From assembly GCA_963754315.1 (NCBI GenBank), contig CAVWFS010000015.1, positions 192,001 through 256,000 of the forward strand: DNA of 64,000 nucleotides, read 5' to 3'. The notes beneath the pieces are model-generated. The model was given only the letters and a program-made list of their open reading frames with translations, searched no databases and was not told the origin of the DNA. This DNA comes from an uncultured Candidatus Rokubacteria bacterium. GTDB lineage: Bacteria; Methylomirabilota; Methylomirabilia; Rokubacteriales; CSP1-6. This document shows, in pieces, positions 61,641 to 64,000 of the stretch (position 1 is the stretch's first letter; every line of letters begins with the position of its first letter). The position numbers and the translations under genes are program-made.

Positions 61641-62463
61641 GTGAGTGATACTCGGCACGTGATCGCCGTCGCCGACGCCTGGTTGGCCACCGGCAGGAAT
61701 CTTCACTTGATGACGGATTTCGACGGCACCCTCACCCCCATCGTCGACCATCCGGGTGAGGCGTGGCTCTCGGACGTGATGCGCGGGCACCTACGATCGC
61801 TCGCGCAATCGCCGCGCAGCCGTGTCACCATCATCTCCGGCCGCGATCTTGAGGATCTCCGCAGTCGCGTACGCCTGTCGGGAGTGACCTACGCGGGTTG
61901 CCACGGGCTCGAGGTGGCCGGTCCCGACTTTGCGTTTACGCACCCAGACGCGGAAGGGCAAGTGGAGGTGCTGCGCGAGATCGCCCGAACCCTCCTGGAG
62001 CGGGCGCCCCTGCTCGACGGCTTGCATGTCGAGCCCAAGCGATTCGCCGTCGCCGTCCACTATCGCCACCTCAGCGCCGACTCCCGACGTCAGCTGGAGG
62101 ATGAGCTCGCCCGCGCGATTCTGCAGGACGGGGCCCGGCTCAAGATCTTCCACGGCACCAAGGTCGTCGAGATCCTGCCCGCCGCGGGCTGGCACAAGGG
62201 GACCTGCGCCCTCTGGATCTTGGAGCAGATCCGTTGGGAGCTTGGGAGCGCCGGTAGGAGCGCTCTACCTTGGCGACGACTGGACGGATGAATACGCCTT
62301 CGAGGCTCTTCTTGGAAAGGCGCTCACTGTGAGGGTGGGAGGCGATCAGCGCGCATCAAAGGCCGAGTATCGAATAGAGGCCGTTGAAGAGGTTGAGATG
62401 CTGCTCGGTACTCTGGCCGCCCGGGTGGGCGAGCCCCATCGAGGATCGGCCGGTATCTTGTAG
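61641..62463 (+). CDS. otsB: Trehalose-6-phosphate phosphatase, frameshift near 62245
   Basis: DFDGTLTPIV, ISGR, YAGCHG, AVHYR, HKG; motif IV YLGDDWTDEYAF lies in a shifted frame. Confidence 0.88.
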
Positions 62464-62594
62464 ATCCGGATCTTCGCTTAAGCGAGGACCCGCTATCCGA
62501 CACCCTTCACCCTGCGCTATCAGCTCGGCACGTCCCCCCTAAGCCGGATGCATTCACGACTCTGTAAGTCGTTTTTCTGTGGTAAAAAGTACTC

Positions 62595-63731
62595 GTGTAT
62601 CCACGAATGCTGGAACCGCCCGCTCGGCAAAGCTTTTTCCTGTTTGGCCCGCGCGGGGTGGGCAAGACGGCATGGGTAAGGGCGCGCTTCGCGGATGCGC
62701 CCTTCTTCGATCTCCTGGAAGCGGAGACGTACACGCAGCTACTGGCCTCCCCCTCCCGGCTGGCCGATCAGGTGCCAGCCGGATTCAGGGGCTGGGTGGT
62801 CATCGACGAGATCCAGAGGCTGCCCGACCTCCTGAACGAGGTTCACCGCCTGATTGAGGCGCGCCGCCTGCGCTTCGTCCTGACGGGGTCGAGCGCCCGC
62901 AAGCTTCGGCACCGCGGAGTGAATCTCCTCGCCGGCCGCGCCCTCACCCGCTTCATGCACCCACTCACCGCCACCGAGCTGGGTCGCGATTTCGATCTGC
63001 GTCGAGCCCTCCAGTACGGCGGCTTGCCCTTTGCGTGTACGGAACCGGAGCCGAGCCCGTACCTGAAGAGCTACGTGACGACATACCTGCGCGAGGAGGT
63101 TCAACAGGAGGGCTACGCCAGGAATTTGGCCGCCTTCGCCCGATTCCTGGAAGCGGCAAGTTTCTCGCAGGGCTCCGTCCTCAACATGGCCGCGATCGCC
63201 CGCGAGAGTGCCGTCGGCGCCAAAGTCGTCGAAGACTACTTCGGCATCCTGGAGGACTTACTGATTGCGGTGCGGCTTCCCGTCTTCACCAAGCGCGCGA
63301 AGCGCCGTCTCGTCGCCCACCCGAAGTTCTACTTCTTCGACGCGGGCGTATTCCACGCCATCCGTCCCCGCGGCCCCCTGGACGCCGCCGAGGAGATCCG
63401 CGGCGCTGCTCTCGAAACGCTCTTCCTCCAGCACCTGCGAGCGGTGAACGACTACCTGGGCCTCGGTTACTCGCTTCATTACTGGCGGACCGCGGCCGGT
63501 GACGAAGTGGATTTCGTGCTGTATGGCGACCGCGGCCTCATCGCCTTCGAGGTCAAGATGAGCCCCCGCGTGCGGCTCGACGACCTCCGAGGGCTTCTCC
63601 AGCTGCGCGACGATTACCCCCAGGCAAAGACGTTCTTCATCTACACTGGCTCTCGCCGATGGCATGAGCGCGGGGTCCAAATCGTACCGGCCGACCAGGC
63701 GCTTCGTACCCTCCCTGATTTGATTCGGTAG
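62595..63731 (+). CDS. AAA_14 ATPase with DUF4143 / PD-(D/E)XK-like C-terminus
   Basis: GPRGVGKT, IDEIQ, LTGSSA, KFYFFDAG, YWRT...EVDFV...EVK. Confidence 0.9.
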   Translation: MYPRMLEPPARQSFFLFGPRGVGKTAWVRARFADAPFFDLLEAETYTQLLASPSRLADQVPAGFRGWVVIDEIQRLPDLLNEVHRLIEARRLRFVLTGSSARKLRHRGVNLLAGRALTRFMHPLTATELGRDFDLRRALQYGGLPFACTEPEPSPYLKSYVTTYLREEVQQEGYARNLAAFARFLEAASFSQGSVLNMAAIARESAVGAKVVEDYFGILEDLLIAVRLPVFTKRAKRRLVAHPKFYFFDAGVFHAIRPRGPLDAAEEIRGAALETLFLQHLRAVNDYLGLGYSLHYWRTAAGDEVDFVLYGDRGLIAFEVKMSPRVRLDDLRGLLQLRDDYPQAKTFFIYTGSRRWHERGVQIVPADQALRTLPDLIR

Positions 63732-63890
63732 CCGCATTCGGCCCGCGATCATGGGGTAGGTTGCTTGCCAGCTTTAGTCGTCGCCCGATCAATCTCGTCA
63801 AGGAAGGCGGGTGCCTCGCTGGCTCGGTAGATGTGCTCCTGGCGTGCCACAGCCCCAGCCCTGTCTGCACCGTTGTGTTACAGTGAACAC

Positions 63891-64000
63891 ATGGATACCA
63901 CGATTCGGAACCTGGACGAGAGGGCGTATCGGGAACTGAAGGCGCGGGCGGCCCTGAGCGGGAAGAACATCGGCGAGCTGGTGACGGAGGCGATCCGCTG
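63891..64000 (+). CDS. Ribbon-helix-helix protein (FitA-like antitoxin), partial at window edge
   Basis: MDTTIRNLDERAYRELKARAALSGKNIGELVTEAIR. Confidence 0.75.
   Translation, partial: MDTTIRNLDERAYRELKARAALSGKNIGELVTEAIR

Noticed and set aside
62556..62576. ACGACT-N5-AGTCGT followed by a T run as an intrinsic terminator
   Set aside because: Stem is only 6 bp and weak; it overlaps the likely promoter region of the next gene, so its role is unclear

Overview
GC-rich bacterial chromosomal segment with about 55 CDSs. The gene style (many ABC substrate-binding proteins, luciferase-like oxidoreductases, cyclase/wHTH-AAA-TPR proteins, GC-rich intergenic palindromes) is suggestive of Candidatus Rokubacteria/Methylomirabilota, but this is inference only. 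Core content: a 2-oxoacid (pyruvate-type) dehydrogenase operon, two carbohydrate ABC clusters without ATPase genes, acyl-CoA catabolic enzymes, a gnd-zwf-phosphatase-tal-pgi-DUF2090 pentose-phosphate operon, an MNT/HEPN toxin-antitoxin pair and otsB. No rRNA, tRNA, CRISPR array or transposase was recognised. Most notable: (1) an ECF sigma factor translationally coupled to a soluble protein fusing a zinc anti-sigma (HxxxCxxC) domain, an O6-methylguanine methyltransferase (PCHR) and a C-terminal Ada-type Zn methyl-acceptor domain with no AraC HTH, i.e. a candidate sigma/anti-sigma-based alkylation adaptive response; (2) a secreted protein with a leukocidin/alpha-hemolysin-like amphipathic beta-hairpin and an IPT domain, divergent from a wHTH-AAA-TPR regulator with direct repeats at its promoter; (3) an 88-bp structured repeat family found twice just upstream of ribosome-binding sites; (4) two gene-truncation scars; (5) recurrent leaderless-type promoters. 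Several single-base frameshifts are probably assembly errors.
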